Positions 12,116-24,831 of a DNA stretch of 64,000 nucleotides are shown piece after piece (position 1 is the first letter of the stretch; each line of letters begins with the position of its first letter). A program made the position numbers and the translations under genes. The notes under the pieces are model-generated. The model was not told where the DNA came from. It ran no database searches and saw only the letters and a list, made by a program, of their open reading frames with translations. Source of the stretch: Vicugna vicugna (lineage: Eukaryota); assembly GCA_013265495.1 (NCBI GenBank), contig MU057521.1, positions 868,001-932,000 on the forward strand. The letters run 5' to 3'.

Positions 12116-13689
12116 AGAAGGGAGAGTTTAAAAAAAAAGAAAAAAGGAAAAAAGGAAGCCTGGAGGAAAAGCCACATGGTGACAGTGAAGAGGGCATCTG
12201 TCAAGCTTCAAGGGGCTGGGTGGTTTGAAGTGGTGGAGAGAAATCAATCGCCACAGGTCAAGGAGGTGACAAAGAGAAAAGACATAAAAGTAAAGACTGT
12301 CAATAAGAGTGAGGCTGGAGACACAAGACAGTAGCGAAAGGAGAAAACAGGATCAAATAAAAGTGGGGTTCTTGGGGCCCCATGAATTCCCACTGAAGCT
12401 CTGCTCTTTGCACTCATAAGTGCACATCTGAGGCCCCGGGCCCACAGTGTGCAACGCCATGCCTGGAGGGTTCCTGGATTCCCTGAGTGTGAGGTCAGCC
12501 TACTTGGGGAGTGTCCTGTGGGAACCTGAGCTGAGGGAGCAGAACCTCCTTAGATCAGATTATTGGCCTTTCACAACAGTCCTGGTCTGGCAGCCACAAC
12601 GGGAGCTCCAAGTTACCAAACGAGCAAAATTCCTTGGGAAACCAAGTAAATGTGACTTCTTAGCCCTTCCTAAACCAAGCGTACAGCTTATGTATGACTT
12701 CATACAGTCCCAGGTAAATGACAGCAAACTGAGCACATCTGCTCACGAACGTGTGGTGAAGGTCACTCACATCACTGGTCAACACACCTTAAATGTCCCC
12801 AGAAACACAGGTGAGTTGCAATTGCAGACAGTGAGTTCAACCATGTGGAATCATTGCCCAGACTCTTGGCAACAACTGATAATATAAAATGATTCCAGTT
12901 GCTATGGAAACAGAACCAGCATGCCAGTAATTATCAATAAGTTCTCACCCTGAAACTCAAACCCAGCTCTGATTTTCATAATAACCTAGAAATGTTTCCA
13001 AAAACTGCTCATAACACCCCAGGATTTTGTTTCACCAAAGGCAAAGTCAAATTTGAATAATCCCTCTCGACACCTGTCTGCCTCTGGTGCCCCAGCTTGT
13101 TCTCAGGACTCCCATCCAGGAGAGGAGAAAGCGCTCATTGTGCCGCAGATGATGCTGGAAACAGAGAAGGTTCACATCCCGTGTCAGAGCCAGGAGGCCT
13201 CACACTCCCAGACAAAACTTGCTTTGAGCCAGAGTTAGTCTTTTATCCCCCACCCATTTTTTAAAATTGAAGCACAGTTCATTTAAAATGTTGTACTAGT
13301 TTCTGATTTCTTAAAGGGTATGAGTGAAAAGGCAACAACTCTGTGCCTTTCAGGACAAGGGTCCTACATCACCTAGCCCTGTGCTCTGTCACTTAACACT
13401 AGCCTGAAAGACAGAAGGAAAACATGCCCCAAGACTCTCCTTTCTTCCAGATCCATCAGGTTTGCCTCTGGAGTTCACCACCTCCCTTGATTCCTGCAGG
13501 AAACAGAATTCCTTATTGTTCTTTGTCAGATGCTAAATGCAAGTCCAGGCTTGAAACATTGCCTTGGTCAGAGCACTCATTGTTTTCCCTCACCTACCGA
13601 TTAAGGCTCTTGGGACGGCTCTCCTCCCTCTGCTGCACATCCTCGGATCTTTGTCCCCAGTAGAAACAACAACCCTCCTCTGACCTCCA

Positions 13690-14904
13690 CACCCTCTTCT
13701 GGTTCTTATCCTCTCACTTTCTCGTCTTCACAGTTAAGCGTCTGGAAGTGGTGGCCAGCACTTGCAATCCACCTTCTCACCTCCACTTCACTCCTAACCG
13801 CAGGATCGTCATTCCCCATCCCTGCACTTAAATGATCTGTGATAACATCACTGCAACTTAGTCATCAGCAAGCAGTACAATGGATTCTTCCCAAGACTTA
13901 CTGTTTTTTCACCTTTGTGTAATAATTCAGATCATTAATGATTCCTTGCTTTGAAAATCTCTTTCTAGTTAGTTTTCAGTCACGCTACTGTTTCTCATTC
14001 TACCTCTGGCTACCGTTTCTGTTTCTTCTGCTGATTCTTTTCTCCCACTTGTCTCCCACATCTTAGTGTTCCCTTGGGTTCCATCCCAGGTCTTCCTCTC
14101 CATGCCCTCCACATATATCCTGGGTAACCTCATCCAGACTCAGTGTTTCTCTTCCACAAACAGCTTTGCCAAATGACAGACACAACTCTACCTATAATCT
14201 TCTTTTCCAGGCTCTACACTCATTTAGTCATCTGCTTATAGTTTGTTTCCACTTAGATATTGTATATACTTAGTAAGAGCAACGTGCTCAGGGCTAAATG
14301 TTTTCTTTCCCTCAGTATTCTTTTTCTAATATCTCCTTTCCTTGTTTACGCTGATACTTATCAAACCACCATCCTGGACATCCTTTTTGACTTCTCCACC
14401 AACTCTATCTACCTCTCATCTACCCCAAATTGACCACCAGATTCTACTTCTTAAAGCAATTAACTCATCCCTCCATCACTGCCTTCCTAATTTCTCACCA
14501 ATGACTGCAATTTCCTCCTACTGGCTTTCTCTACATACAATCTTGCTTCTTCTACTCTATATTGCCACTGGAATTTTATTTTCAAAAATTCACATTGGTT
14601 GATATCACTACCAGCTTTAAATCACTCATCTCCATCTTCTGTATACTGTTCAAAATACTTAGCACGACTACTAAGACCTTCGTGATTTGACCCTTACTAT
14701 ATCTCTGATCTCATATCTCAACATTCCCAAATGCTTATCCGCATTCTAATCAAACAAGATCTACTGTCCACATCTTTGTATTTTTCAACATGCCCTCTAC
14801 CTGGACTCCTCATGACCAGTTTCTCCTGGCCAAGACACCTTTCAAGACAGCTTAAGCAACACGTCCTCTGAGAAGCCTTCCCTTTGACTCACCCCCAGGA
14901 TAAG
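13690..14904 (+). mobile_element. L2 LINE (decayed RT region and 3' part), left half
   Basis: Pyrimidine-rich L2 motifs: TTCCCTTGGGTTCCATCCCAGGTCTTC, CCTGGGTAACCTCATCCAG, CACGTCCTCTGAGAAGCCTTCC. Confidence 0.8.
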
Positions 14905-14916
14905 GCAGCAGCCTTT

Positions 14917-15354
14917 TTTTTCTTTTCCAGCCTTATTGAGATATACTTGACATATAATATTGTGTACCTTTAAGGCATACAATGTGTTGATTTGACACAC
15001 TTATCCATTGCAAAATGCTTATCACCATAGTCTTAAACCTCATTCACATCACCTAATTACCATTTTTTCTTGTGGTGAGAACATTTAAGATCTACTCTCA
15101 TAGCAACAACTTTCAAGTATATAATACAATATTATTAACTATAATCACCATCATGTACATCAGACCCCCAGAATTTACTCTTCTTAAAACTGGAAGTGTG
15201 CCCTCTTTGACCAGCATCTCCCCATTTTCCTCCACCTCTCAGCCCCTGGTAATCACTGTTCTAGTCTCTGTTTCTATGAACTTGGCTTTTTCAGATTTCC
15301 CATAAAAGTGAGATCATGCAGTCGTTGTCTTTCTGTGTCTGATTTATTTCACCA
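14917..15354 (-). mobile_element. 5'-truncated LINE-1 3' end (L1MA8/L1MA9-like) inserted into L2, 12-bp TSD
   Basis: TTATTGAG.TATA.TTGACATA..GTGGTGAGAACATTTAAGATCTACTCTC..AGTGAGATCATGCAGT. GCAGCAGCCTTT occurs at 14905-14916 and 15355-15366. Confidence 0.9.
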
Positions 15355-15366
15355 GCAGCAGCCTTT

Positions 15367-15553
15367 CTTGTGAGCTACCAGGTACCCTATCCTCATTCGT
15401 GTTATGGAACATTCGCCCTACATTGTAATCACTGTTTATCTTGACTTTCTTCCCCGACTAGATCATGAGTAACTTTAGTGCAGGGATCATATTTTGTTCA
15501 TCAATCTGTCCGCTACCAGAAGGGTGCTGAATAAATCTTTATTGAATACATGA
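15367..15553 (+). mobile_element. L2 3' end (continuation after L1 insertion)
   Basis: GACTAGATCATGAG..GCAGGGATCATATTTTGTTCATC..GTGCTGAATAAATCTTTATTGAATACATGA. Confidence 0.8.
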
Positions 15554-15904
15554 GCATAATAAACAAAACAAACATGGAGAAGTGTCAGTAGCTGAGGATA
15601 CAAAGTGCCACAATTCTAGAGGCTATAAGAAAAACAAAAAGGAGTTTCCACAGTAGGCTGTGTTTGGAGAAAAGGTTGAAGTTCAAGCTACTAGATATGG
15701 TAATGGAGTTTATTATGTAAACAGACTGTGTAAGACTGAGATAATGACTACGTTCATTGGCTTTCAGTCTGTACACATGTAAACCTTAATATAAAAATCA
15801 GGCAGTAACTGTGGTAGCACAGTGAACAAAATAGACAATTCTGCCCCTCCGCCCACTTGCTCACCTTGTTCATGCAACTTACAGCTGATTATTTCAGTAC
15901 CTTC

Positions 15905-16122
15905 TCCCTATATTCCAGGCACCATCCCTAGTGCTTTATAAGCACTTGCATTTAATCCCCATAAAACCTTGTAAAGTTGACGTTATTCCCATTGTGCAGA
16001 GAAAACCAAGTCTCTCGGAGGCGAGGTAATTTGCTAAAGGTCACAGTAAATGGGAAAGCAAGGATTTAATCCAAAATAGGTCTGGTTACTTTTCCTGCTC
16101 TTAATCACTCTAACCACACCAC
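15905..16122 (-). mobile_element. MIR SINE
   Basis: CATTTAATCCCCATAAAACCTTGT..TATTCCCATTGTGCAGA..GAGGTAATTTGCTAAAGGTCACA. Confidence 0.8.
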
Positions 16123-17361
16123 AAGTTTAAAACTTGAAAATCATCTGTCTTCCATTCAGATATTTGGGGTTTGCATAAAATTCTTAAAATTACGTAGGAA
16201 GTTTATTTCAACTCTCTTTTTATAGGTAGTACTATTAGGATGGGGAATAGGATTTGTTATAAAAATTGGTCCAAGAAAATACAGAAGTTTTGCAAGCAAG
16301 GATTTCTGTTCCAAAGCCATGAAACTATGCCTATTAGTGTGATGTATCACCCTTTTCTGGTCTTTGGAGCCTGGAGAATGGGGAAGACAGGATGGCTTGG
16401 AGAGGTAAGAACCTCACCTTGAGGAAGTGCTGTGTGTTGAGTGAGGTGTCCCTCGCCACCCTCACAAAGGTGATGCCATTCCGAAGCAGCAGTGGGAATA
16501 TGATAGGTCCGCAAGGGGCCACTTGCTACTTGGGGCAGGAAAGTTATCCAAGGTGTTCAGAAAAATAAATCTCTACTCCACTCAAGTGTTCTTTAACAAA
16601 TGAGTTCTGCAGGGGAAAAGGAATGAGACTGCAGTGTTCACTTTGAGAGTAGAGACAGAGCCTACAGAGAGGGGTAGAAAAGGCAGCTGCAAAATCTACA
16701 GCAAAAAGGCGGCTACCTTTCAGTGTGGTTCCAGGAAGACTTCCCAGAGTCCCCAGGTAGGAAAAAATGTGTGTTTCAGTAGAAACTTACACACTGCCTA
16801 TAGCATACCCTTCCCCTGCAATCTGAAGCTGATCCTGCGGGAATGATCTGAGCCATGCAAGATAATCTTGTCTATACACATACAAATGACTCCCATCTGG
16901 TGGGAGGATGACTCTCCTCCTTGAGGGAAAAACAATTTTGCCTCTATTTGCATATTCATTTCAACATTTCTTTACTTTACTCTTCATCTTATTCCTTACC
17001 GGTTATAACCAGTAATCTGCCTGGTGCTCCCATTACAAGTGAAATAAAATCTTTAAAATGAGCTCATGTTTATATCCTTTTGAAGATATGACCTTTTTAT
17101 ATCCTTCTGAATGTGTCTTTATGACCGAGAGTTCACCAGGGAGGCCCTGACTCTGGTTCTGCCTCTTCCTCCTTGACCCAGTGCTGTCCTCACCTCCAGG
17201 GTGGGAAAGTTCTCAAGTGCCAAGCCTCGGGCTGTGGTTCTTGTGCCTGGGAGCAAAGAATGCTCACTCTTTGCATGTTTGAGGGTCCTCATGGTTGACA
17301 AATGGCTCTCCTTTGACGTCCTATCCAAAAGCTGTCAGGCAACATTCAGAAAGGTATAACA

Positions 17362-18247
17362 TTTTAATCAGCTTCAGTAAAGTATAATTTATACACAGGA
17401 AAATCTGTCATTTTAAGTGTGCTGTTTGATGAATTTTGATAGCTTTGCAAAGTTGTCTACTGTCACCACAATCAAATCTAGAATGTTTCCATCCCCGCCA
17501 AAGTCCCCTGGTGCCCCTTTGCAGTCAACCCCACCCCGACGCCCCCGACCTGCAGCCCCTGGCAGTCACAGATCCACTTTCTCTCACCATTGGGTTTGTC
17601 TTTTCTAGAATCCCACGTGAGTAGGATCACACAACATTTGGTCTTTTGTGTCTGGCTTCTTTCGCTTAGCATAATACTTGCGAGATACATCCACATTGTT
17701 GTATGTATTAGTAGCTCACACCTCGTTGTTGTTGAGTGATATTCCATCATATGGATTTACCACAGTGCATTTATCCATTCACCAGCTGATAAGACATTTG
17801 GATTATTTCCAGTTTGGGACTGTTACAAATAATAAGTGGGATTACTGGGTTATATAGGGAGTGTGTTTAACTTTGAAAGAAACTCAATCAAACTTTTCCA
17901 AAGTGTCCACACCATTTCACATTTCCACCAACAGTATAGGAGAGTCCCAGTATTTCCATACCCTCACCAACACCTGGCATTGTCAATCTTGCTAACTTTA
18001 CCTTTTCTAATGGGTATGTAGCATCACCTCGGTGTAGTTTTAATTTGCATTTCCTCAATAATGAATGGTATTGAGCATCTTTTAATGTATCTATTTGCTA
18101 TCTGTACATCTTCCATGATGAAGTTTCTATTTAGACATTCTGCCCATTTTTCAGTCAAGTTTATTATGGAGTTTCAAAAGTATATTCTGAATACTAGTCC
18201 TTTATGAGATAAGTGTTTTGCAATTATTTTCTGTCAGTCTATGGCAT
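17362..18247 (-). mobile_element. LINE-1 3' region (ORF2 end plus 3' UTR), L1MB-like
   Basis: TTTTGTGTCTGGCTTCTTTCGCTTAGCATAAT, TATCCATTCACCAGCTGAT, TTTAATTTGCATTTCC. The ORF at 17478-17750 (-) translates as an L1 ORF2 C-terminal-like remnant (MEYHS..WMYLASIMLSERSQTQK). Confidence 0.9.
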
Positions 18248-18978
18248 GAAAAAGCCCTTATTTTTTGACAAGTAAGAATTTTCTAATTCAGAATCCCTGG
18301 AAATGCAAACCAGTACACTGTGTCTACTGTCTACACAACAGCAGCCAGCATAAGGGGGAGGAAAAAAGCAACACGCAGTTCCAGGATTTGGCCTCAAAAG
18401 AGGCTGCTCTCTGTTTTCCTCGCCAGCTCTTGATTTTCTTGCATTTTATTTATTTCAGTTATTTTCTTTCCTACATTACCTGCTTTCTGTAGCTTCTGCA
18501 GTTTTAGGCAGAAACGTGTATTTGGAACATTGGTCTGTTTCTTTCCTGCTACAGATGAACACCTCAGCTTCTGCATTTCATGGTGAGCCCCAAATATTGT
18601 CTCAAAAGCAACAAAGCTGCTCACAGGGAAACTGTTCCTAATTGCTCCCAATTCAACCTCTGCATGTTGTGTCACTACCTCTAATTTCTTCTAGGGACCA
18701 GGTTCTCTGACTGCTTCAGCCTTCTGGAGAAGAAAAGAAGAAGAAAGTTCCCATGTGAATGGGAGCCTTGTGATATCCATTGTTTTACTAAAAACATGGA
18801 CATTTCATAGAAAAACATTTCTGCTGGAAACACAAGGCAAGATCCAACATTTAGTGGGATCGGTCAGTGATACGTGGAGCTAAACATCCCAGAGAGATCA
18901 CATTTATTCCAGCTTTTCATCCCATCTGTCTTTTCTCAGATATCCAGAGAGGGAGAAAACATGGATGTTGGAGGACTA

Positions 18979-19477
18979 TGTAGAGGAGGAAGAACTTCTT
19001 TTTCCTACTACCCTCCTTGGTTCTCTGGCTGGGGCCCTGTAAGTTGGGCTGACAAAAGGCAGATTAACAAGAGACAAGCATATGAAGTCATTCAATATAA
19101 GTGTTATGGACACAGGAGCCTTCATGAGGAAATGGAGACCCAAAGAAATGGCTTAACCTCAGTGTTTTTATATTATGATTGATGAAGAGTCAAAAGCCGT
19201 GGAAAAACATGGTAAGACAAGAGAGTATGAGCTGAGGGTAGTAATCAGGGATGGGGGTGGGGGTGTTCTTTCCTATTACTCAGTCTTCAGAGATGGGGAT
19301 GCTCTGTTCCTCTGCATCCTGGGAGGGCACCTCTCACACAAGGGTCTTATGAGCTTCTCCAGGGGACACCAGAGAGGTCAGAGAGCCCTTCTTGCACCTG
19401 CCATGTCTCAAATTCCTTTAGCTTAAAATGTTCTTCAATAAGCCATATTTTGGGGTCGCATGTTCTGAACTCTGTCA
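18979..19477 (-). mobile_element. ERV1 solo LTR, MER34-family-like
   Basis: TG...CA termini. AAAAGGCAGATTAACAAGAGA and GCCATATTTTGGGGT.GCATGTTCTGAAC match the reverse of the MER34-type 5' end. Confidence 0.8.
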
Positions 19478-19479
19478 CG

Positions 19480-19660
19480 TACACAATAACCATTTCCCAT
19501 TCTTCCTTGCTAGAGAGGCCGGATTTAACTTAGGGTGGTAACGCACCCAGCTGAAGAAATTGTATTTCCCAACCTCCCTCAAGAGAAGGTTGGCCCCATG
19601 ACATAATTCCGACAAACACAATTTAAGCAGAAGTTGCTGAAGGGGCTTATGAGGCCTCAC
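19480..19660 (+). mobile_element. MaLR LTR 5' fragment, MLT1J/K-like
   Basis: CCATTTCCCATTCTTCCTTGCTA..TGTATTTCCCAACCTCCCT..CCATGACATAATTC..TAAGCAGAAGT. Confidence 0.6.
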
Positions 19661-19961
19661 CTGCCCCAGGGCTGCCCTCCTGCAGCCACTGTCTTGTGTC
19701 TGCCCTGAGGGCAAGGCCAGAGAGTCACAGACCCCTCCCCGCCCGGCCAGCTGGCCTCTCACGCGGGAAAACAGCCCCCAGTTTGTTCAAGATGTAGTTC
19801 TCTTCCTTGCCGTAGGACACTCCCTGACTAACACTACTGGGTTCTCTTTCCCACCTCTTTTGCTGACAACAGTGGGAGCTTGGGGGCAGATCACTCCCTG
19901 TCTCCCGATCCTGGGTCCCCTCCTCCTCAAGAAAGGGAGCTGAGGCCCACCCACCCATGCT

Positions 19962-20292
19962 GTTGAATATTCTGCGACGTGTGACACAGGTGGACCTCGA
20001 GGATATTATGCTAAGTGAAACAAGCCAGACACAGAAAGACAAGTAGTGCATGGTTCCACTGATAAGAGGAATCTAAAATAGTCAAATGCATAAAATCAGA
20101 GAGTGGAATGGTGACTATCAGGGGCTGGGGGAGAAATGGGGAGTTATTAACCAATGGGCAGAAAGTTTCACTTAAGTCAGATGAACAAGCTGAGCCGCCG
20201 TACAACACCACACCGATAATCACCAATAACATACGCTAAAAATTTGTTAAGAAGAGAGATCTCATGTTCAGTGTTCGTACTACAATAAAAAG
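19962..20292 (+). mobile_element. LINE-1 3' end, L1MA9/L1MB1-like
   Basis: GAGGATATTATGCTAAGTGAAACAAGCCAGACACAGAAAGACAA..AAATTTGTTAAGA..GATCTCATGTT..ACAATAAAAA. Confidence 0.9.
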
Positions 20293-20789
20293 TTTTTTTT
20301 TTCTTGGCTAAAAAAATAAAAGAGAAGTAAAACATAAAACACCTCAGACCCATTCCAGCAGGAAGATTCCAAACGACGCTGAGGCATCACTTCCCATTCG
20401 GCATTTCAGACAAAGGTTTTCCGGGTCAGATATTTGTGATTGCAGGGAACTCGGGCCACAGTTCAGGCTTGACTGAGTTCTGCTGATGTCCTGTGTCCTT
20501 CTGCTCTAGGACTTGCCCCTTATCAGCCCCAGTTCTTTCTCATTTGATTAAATCAACAATTGAAGTCATATCGATTCTCAAAATTTCAAGAGGGTCTCAA
20601 TTTTCAATATATTTTCCCTGGAGTTCAGAGGCCAGTAACCAAATAGACCTCCTGTCTCTTTAAATGTATTTGTATCTGTCAAGCCATGTGTCGGGTTTGG
20701 GGTCTGGATACAGCCTCCTGTTCATGCAAATCCCCAAAGCCTGGACCACTCACCTGTTCGTCTCCCCTGCCCCCCTATTAAAAGAGTAC

Positions 20790-21302
20790 ATTAGGCACAT
20801 TTATGCAGCTGCACTTCAGATTTCTCTTGGCCTCACCCCGTGCTCCAGCCATTGCTACGGGGACTGGATCCACTCAGCTTTGCCCAACTTCCCACACATT
20901 CAGCTTCGCCCTGAGTCTCTCCTCTCAGCTCCTGCTTCCTGGAGCCCCCTGACCAGGGGCTGCTCTCACTCACACAAGCCACCTAGAGTGGACTGGGGAG
21001 CAGTGGGGCCCCTGTGACCAACGGCAGCAGGACTCTTGGATAAAGTTTCTCATCCCCCTTTGGACCCTTGGGCAGCCAGTTCTGAGAGTGTCACAGGGGG
21101 CTTCTCGGAAGGTTCCAGCAGGACTGAGCACCAGATGCTGTAGCAGTGACCAGCTGGATAATGCATCCTTGTTTTGGCTTTCCCTGCTCTGTTCCTTGCT
21201 CTGTCCCTCACTCCTGCTCCCTGAGATGGGTACACTCCCAAGGAAATGACTGGCAGGCAAGTATTTCTTAAGCTCCTCTTTCAGGAAATTCAAACTAAGA
21301 TA
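20790..21302 (+). mobile_element. ERVL LTR, LTR16-like
   Basis: 3' part CCCTCACTCCTGCTCCCTGAGAT..CACTCCCA..TTTCAGGAAATTCAAACTAAGATA matches the LTR16 terminus. 5' boundary approximate. Confidence 0.7.
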
Positions 21303-24300
21303 AAGTATATTAAATAAATAAGCAAACAAACAAACCAATGTGTGTGTTTATATGTACACAGGATTTTTTTCCTACCCTAAGGATCACTGGTACACTGATG
21401 CATTCAATCTCAGCCAACCATCCAGTAAATGCGGACCATAACGTCCCAGCTTATGCAAGTGTCCCCTTCCAGACAGGTTTGCACAACTCAGATTTTGCAC
21501 GAACCAAAAGCACTGTTAACTGACCATGTTGGATTTTAAAGGTACAGAACCTATAACAAAAACATGTATGTATGTAAGATACTTTAAAATAGTTTTTACC
21601 GTTGAAGTCACCAAAATGTTTTCATGTGTGATGGAAGAAGGACCCTGGTCCCTTCCTAAAGGGTTAGCATTTTGTTTTTAACTCTAAATCAGTTGTCTTA
21701 GGTTTACAAATGACCCTCCACTCTTGTTCTCTCCTCGTGGCCTTTTGGACAAGAGTGGAAGGAGATGAGGGGAAAGACGTAGAAACCCTGGAAATCACAC
21801 GAACTGGCACCATGAGAAACCCCGCAGGAGCCCCATAAACCTGGAAACAAAAAGCCTTTCCCCTGGGAGCTGCTCACCTCCCGAGTCCCTGCTTCGTGCA
21901 TTAGTCTGAGCTGCCGCTTAACGTGTGTCTTCAGCAGAGTGCAACCTCCTCCGCGTCTCGACCATGCTATCAGCACCTTCTGGAACAATTTGTACAGGTC
22001 AGATTTGCATTAGTCACGGCTTGTGGGACTGGGGAGCAGGTGTGCCTGACCAGGAAGGAAGACCAGAGCCTTGTTTTGAGCCTCCGCTTAGCCTCTCTCT
22101 GTGATCCCAGAAAGGACTGGAAGTTTTTGTTCCTAGGAGTTTTCCAATACTTATGAATAGCCTGATGAAAAAAGATCCACTAGCCTGTTTATTTTTATGT
22201 ATCATATTAAACATTCCAGTAGAAAAATGTAAGATCAAAACCCCCAAATGTTGAATGCCTGCTTCCTCACTGGAGTTTTAGAACTGCTTAGAAGCTGAAC
22301 GCCTCCAAATCCCATGGCATTAAGATCCTGGGAAAGCGTGGAGGACGCCCGTCCCTAGGGGACCCTCTCCTAGTTTGGAGGCAATGTGCACTCTGTCAGG
22401 CGAAAGGAAACACACATTAGCCAAACACAGGCAGATGCTCAGATGCTACGGAAGATTCCCAGTAGAGCTCCTTAAAGCTTTGCTGACAGATCTTCCACTT
22501 CAAGTTTCTGCGCAAGCCACCTGCACTGGAAGCCCATGTGTTCGAACGAGGCTGGCAGCCTCACCAGAATCAAAGTCCACACCTTCGACAGATCTGTTCC
22601 ACAGGCCGAGAGATGAACCACGGGGCCTGGGCTCAAAGCGCCTGACGCAGCGCATGGATTCCTGGGACTCCCAGAGAGGTCCGAGGCGCAGGGTTGGGAG
22701 GCAAGGTAGCGGGACTCATCTCCCCTCTGCTGACTGTCATACTGCTATTCCTGGTATTACTGAAACATTTCAAACCCCAGTGTAAGTAAAAATCAGCATT
22801 AAATGAAAAGGGTGAGATTTTGTTCACATGCCTAGAGTGGTCGTTACCAAAGGAGATGCAACGGCCTGACCCTTGGGCTCATCTCTGTGTCCATAGGCTC
22901 CTGATACCTGATACATATTTTCGGCTCTTAAATCTCTTGAAATTCAGTTAGATCTGGTCTCACAAATTTGCTGGATCTGCCAAGAAGGAGGACCTGGGAG
23001 GAGACCCTCAGACGGCATACAGAAAGAAGCTCCCCCACTCCCTTCTATGCCAGGTTAGGATGGAGAGGTGTCAGCAGTTCCTGAAAACCTCTGTCCTGAG
23101 GGAACAGAAAAATTAAGGGGACTTTGGACGATTGCTAACAGCAGAATTCTGGGAAACGACCAGGTCAGGTATTTGCTAAGCTATTTAATGAGGCTGCATG
23201 AGCAATAAGAAGAGGTTGATAGGGTTTTAGTGTCACTGGGGTTTCCAGGGCGAATTAAAGAAGGCAGTGAAGTAAGAGGAGAGTGGATTTAAAAATTAAC
23301 CTGTGTGTGAGTGTACTATGTTCGGAACAGGAATTAAAAAGCAAACAAGGATTAATTGATCCCCCTCTGTCCCCAGAAGCAGGGCACTGGCATTTCAGGA
23401 GCAAAATTGATTGGCTGAGAATACGCCTGGCTAGGTAATTAAACCAGGAAGCCGATCGATACTTGGTGGCTGGGATTTAGATACCCATTGACAAGTGAAC
23501 AGAAGAATCCAGAAGGGAACCTGAGAATGGCTGTTGGTTCAAACAGGATCGGATCTTCAAGGTTTCTGAGCTTAAAAAAAAAACAAAAAATAGTGCTTTG
23601 CTCTCCTCTCTTGCTCTGAAAACTCCTTTGATTCAGCATTATCCCCAAATGAGGATTCCCCACTCAGAGCAGTTCTCTGGGTGGCAGGTGACAGATGGAA
23701 AAGGCCCAATTTGTGATTACATGGTTCACTTATGCAACTACAATTAAGCTGCCTGTGAAGTTCACGTAGCTAAACAAAAATTACAACCAGGTTACTTATT
23801 AGCTACCTTGAACCTGCCTCCCTAAGAACTGGAGGGTTGGCGAGAGAGCCAATTTCCAAGTGAGCTGGAGTGATTCACCTTGCTATCTGCCGTGGGTTTT
23901 AAATCAGATGGGTCCTGAGCATCCTGTGTGTGGCTGAACAACCAGAGCTGCCCAGAGATGTCTCAAGACGAATCAGATGAGTAGTCCCACCTGCCTTCTG
24001 CCAAGATGCTCAGGTCCTAATCAGAGAAACCCAATTTAACTCTCCTACAAATGAGTGATGGGCCCGAGGACCTTCTTTTCTGCCCCTACCAAATGAAGGT
24101 GGGCGCTGTCAGGCAAAGGACAAAGGCAGAAGCCAGAGGGGCTTTCTTCAAAGCACAGGGATGGGAGGAGCCCCGGTATGGGGGAGGGTTTAGGGAACAG
24201 ACATTGCCAAGGCTGTCTCATCTGTTAACTGTTTTTCTCTGTGGAAGAGGTAGAGGGGAAGGAAAATATAGAAGTAACAGCTCACACTTGGCCCAGTGAC

Positions 24301-24589
24301 CATGGCCACCTCTCAAGCACTCATGCAGTATTTCACGGATTTCTGGGACTTCTGGGAGAAGCCAGTTTCTCCCACTCCATGCTTGGAGATTCACAGACTT
24401 CTCTAGATACATAAGCAGTTTGGCTTTCTGGCTAGGAAAAGTGAAGAAGATGACCCTGTAGCAAAGGACTCTTGGAGACACAAATGGCTAAAACACACCA
24501 GAGAACACATTAAATTTACCCAAGGAGAGAGAGATCCTTATAGGGTATGAGCAAGTGAGTTGTATCTTGGAGGATCCGTATTATAAAAT

Positions 24590-24831
24590 TCTAGAGTCAT
24601 TCATAGAAACAGAAAGTGGAACAGTGGTTACCAAGGGCTGGAGGGAGGGGAGATAAGGAGTTAGTGTTTTACAGGCACGAAGTTTCAGTATGGGATGATG
24701 AAAAAGTTCTGGAGATGGATAGTGGTGATGGTTGCACAATTATGTGAATATGTTTAATGCCTCTGAACTACACACTTAACAATGGTTAAATTGGTCGAGT
24801 TTATGTTTTGTATATTTTACTATAGTAAAAA
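24590..24831 (+). mobile_element. LINE-1 3' end, L1MB2-4-like
   Basis: TGGGATGATGAAAAAGTTCTGGAGATGGATAGTGGTGATGGTTGCACAA..CACTTAACAATGGTTAAA. Confidence 0.9.

Noticed and set aside
16700..16960. Immunoglobulin V gene downstream of the VH-promoter-like octamer
   Set aside because: No leader exon, V-domain cysteine/tryptophan pattern or recombination signal sequence.
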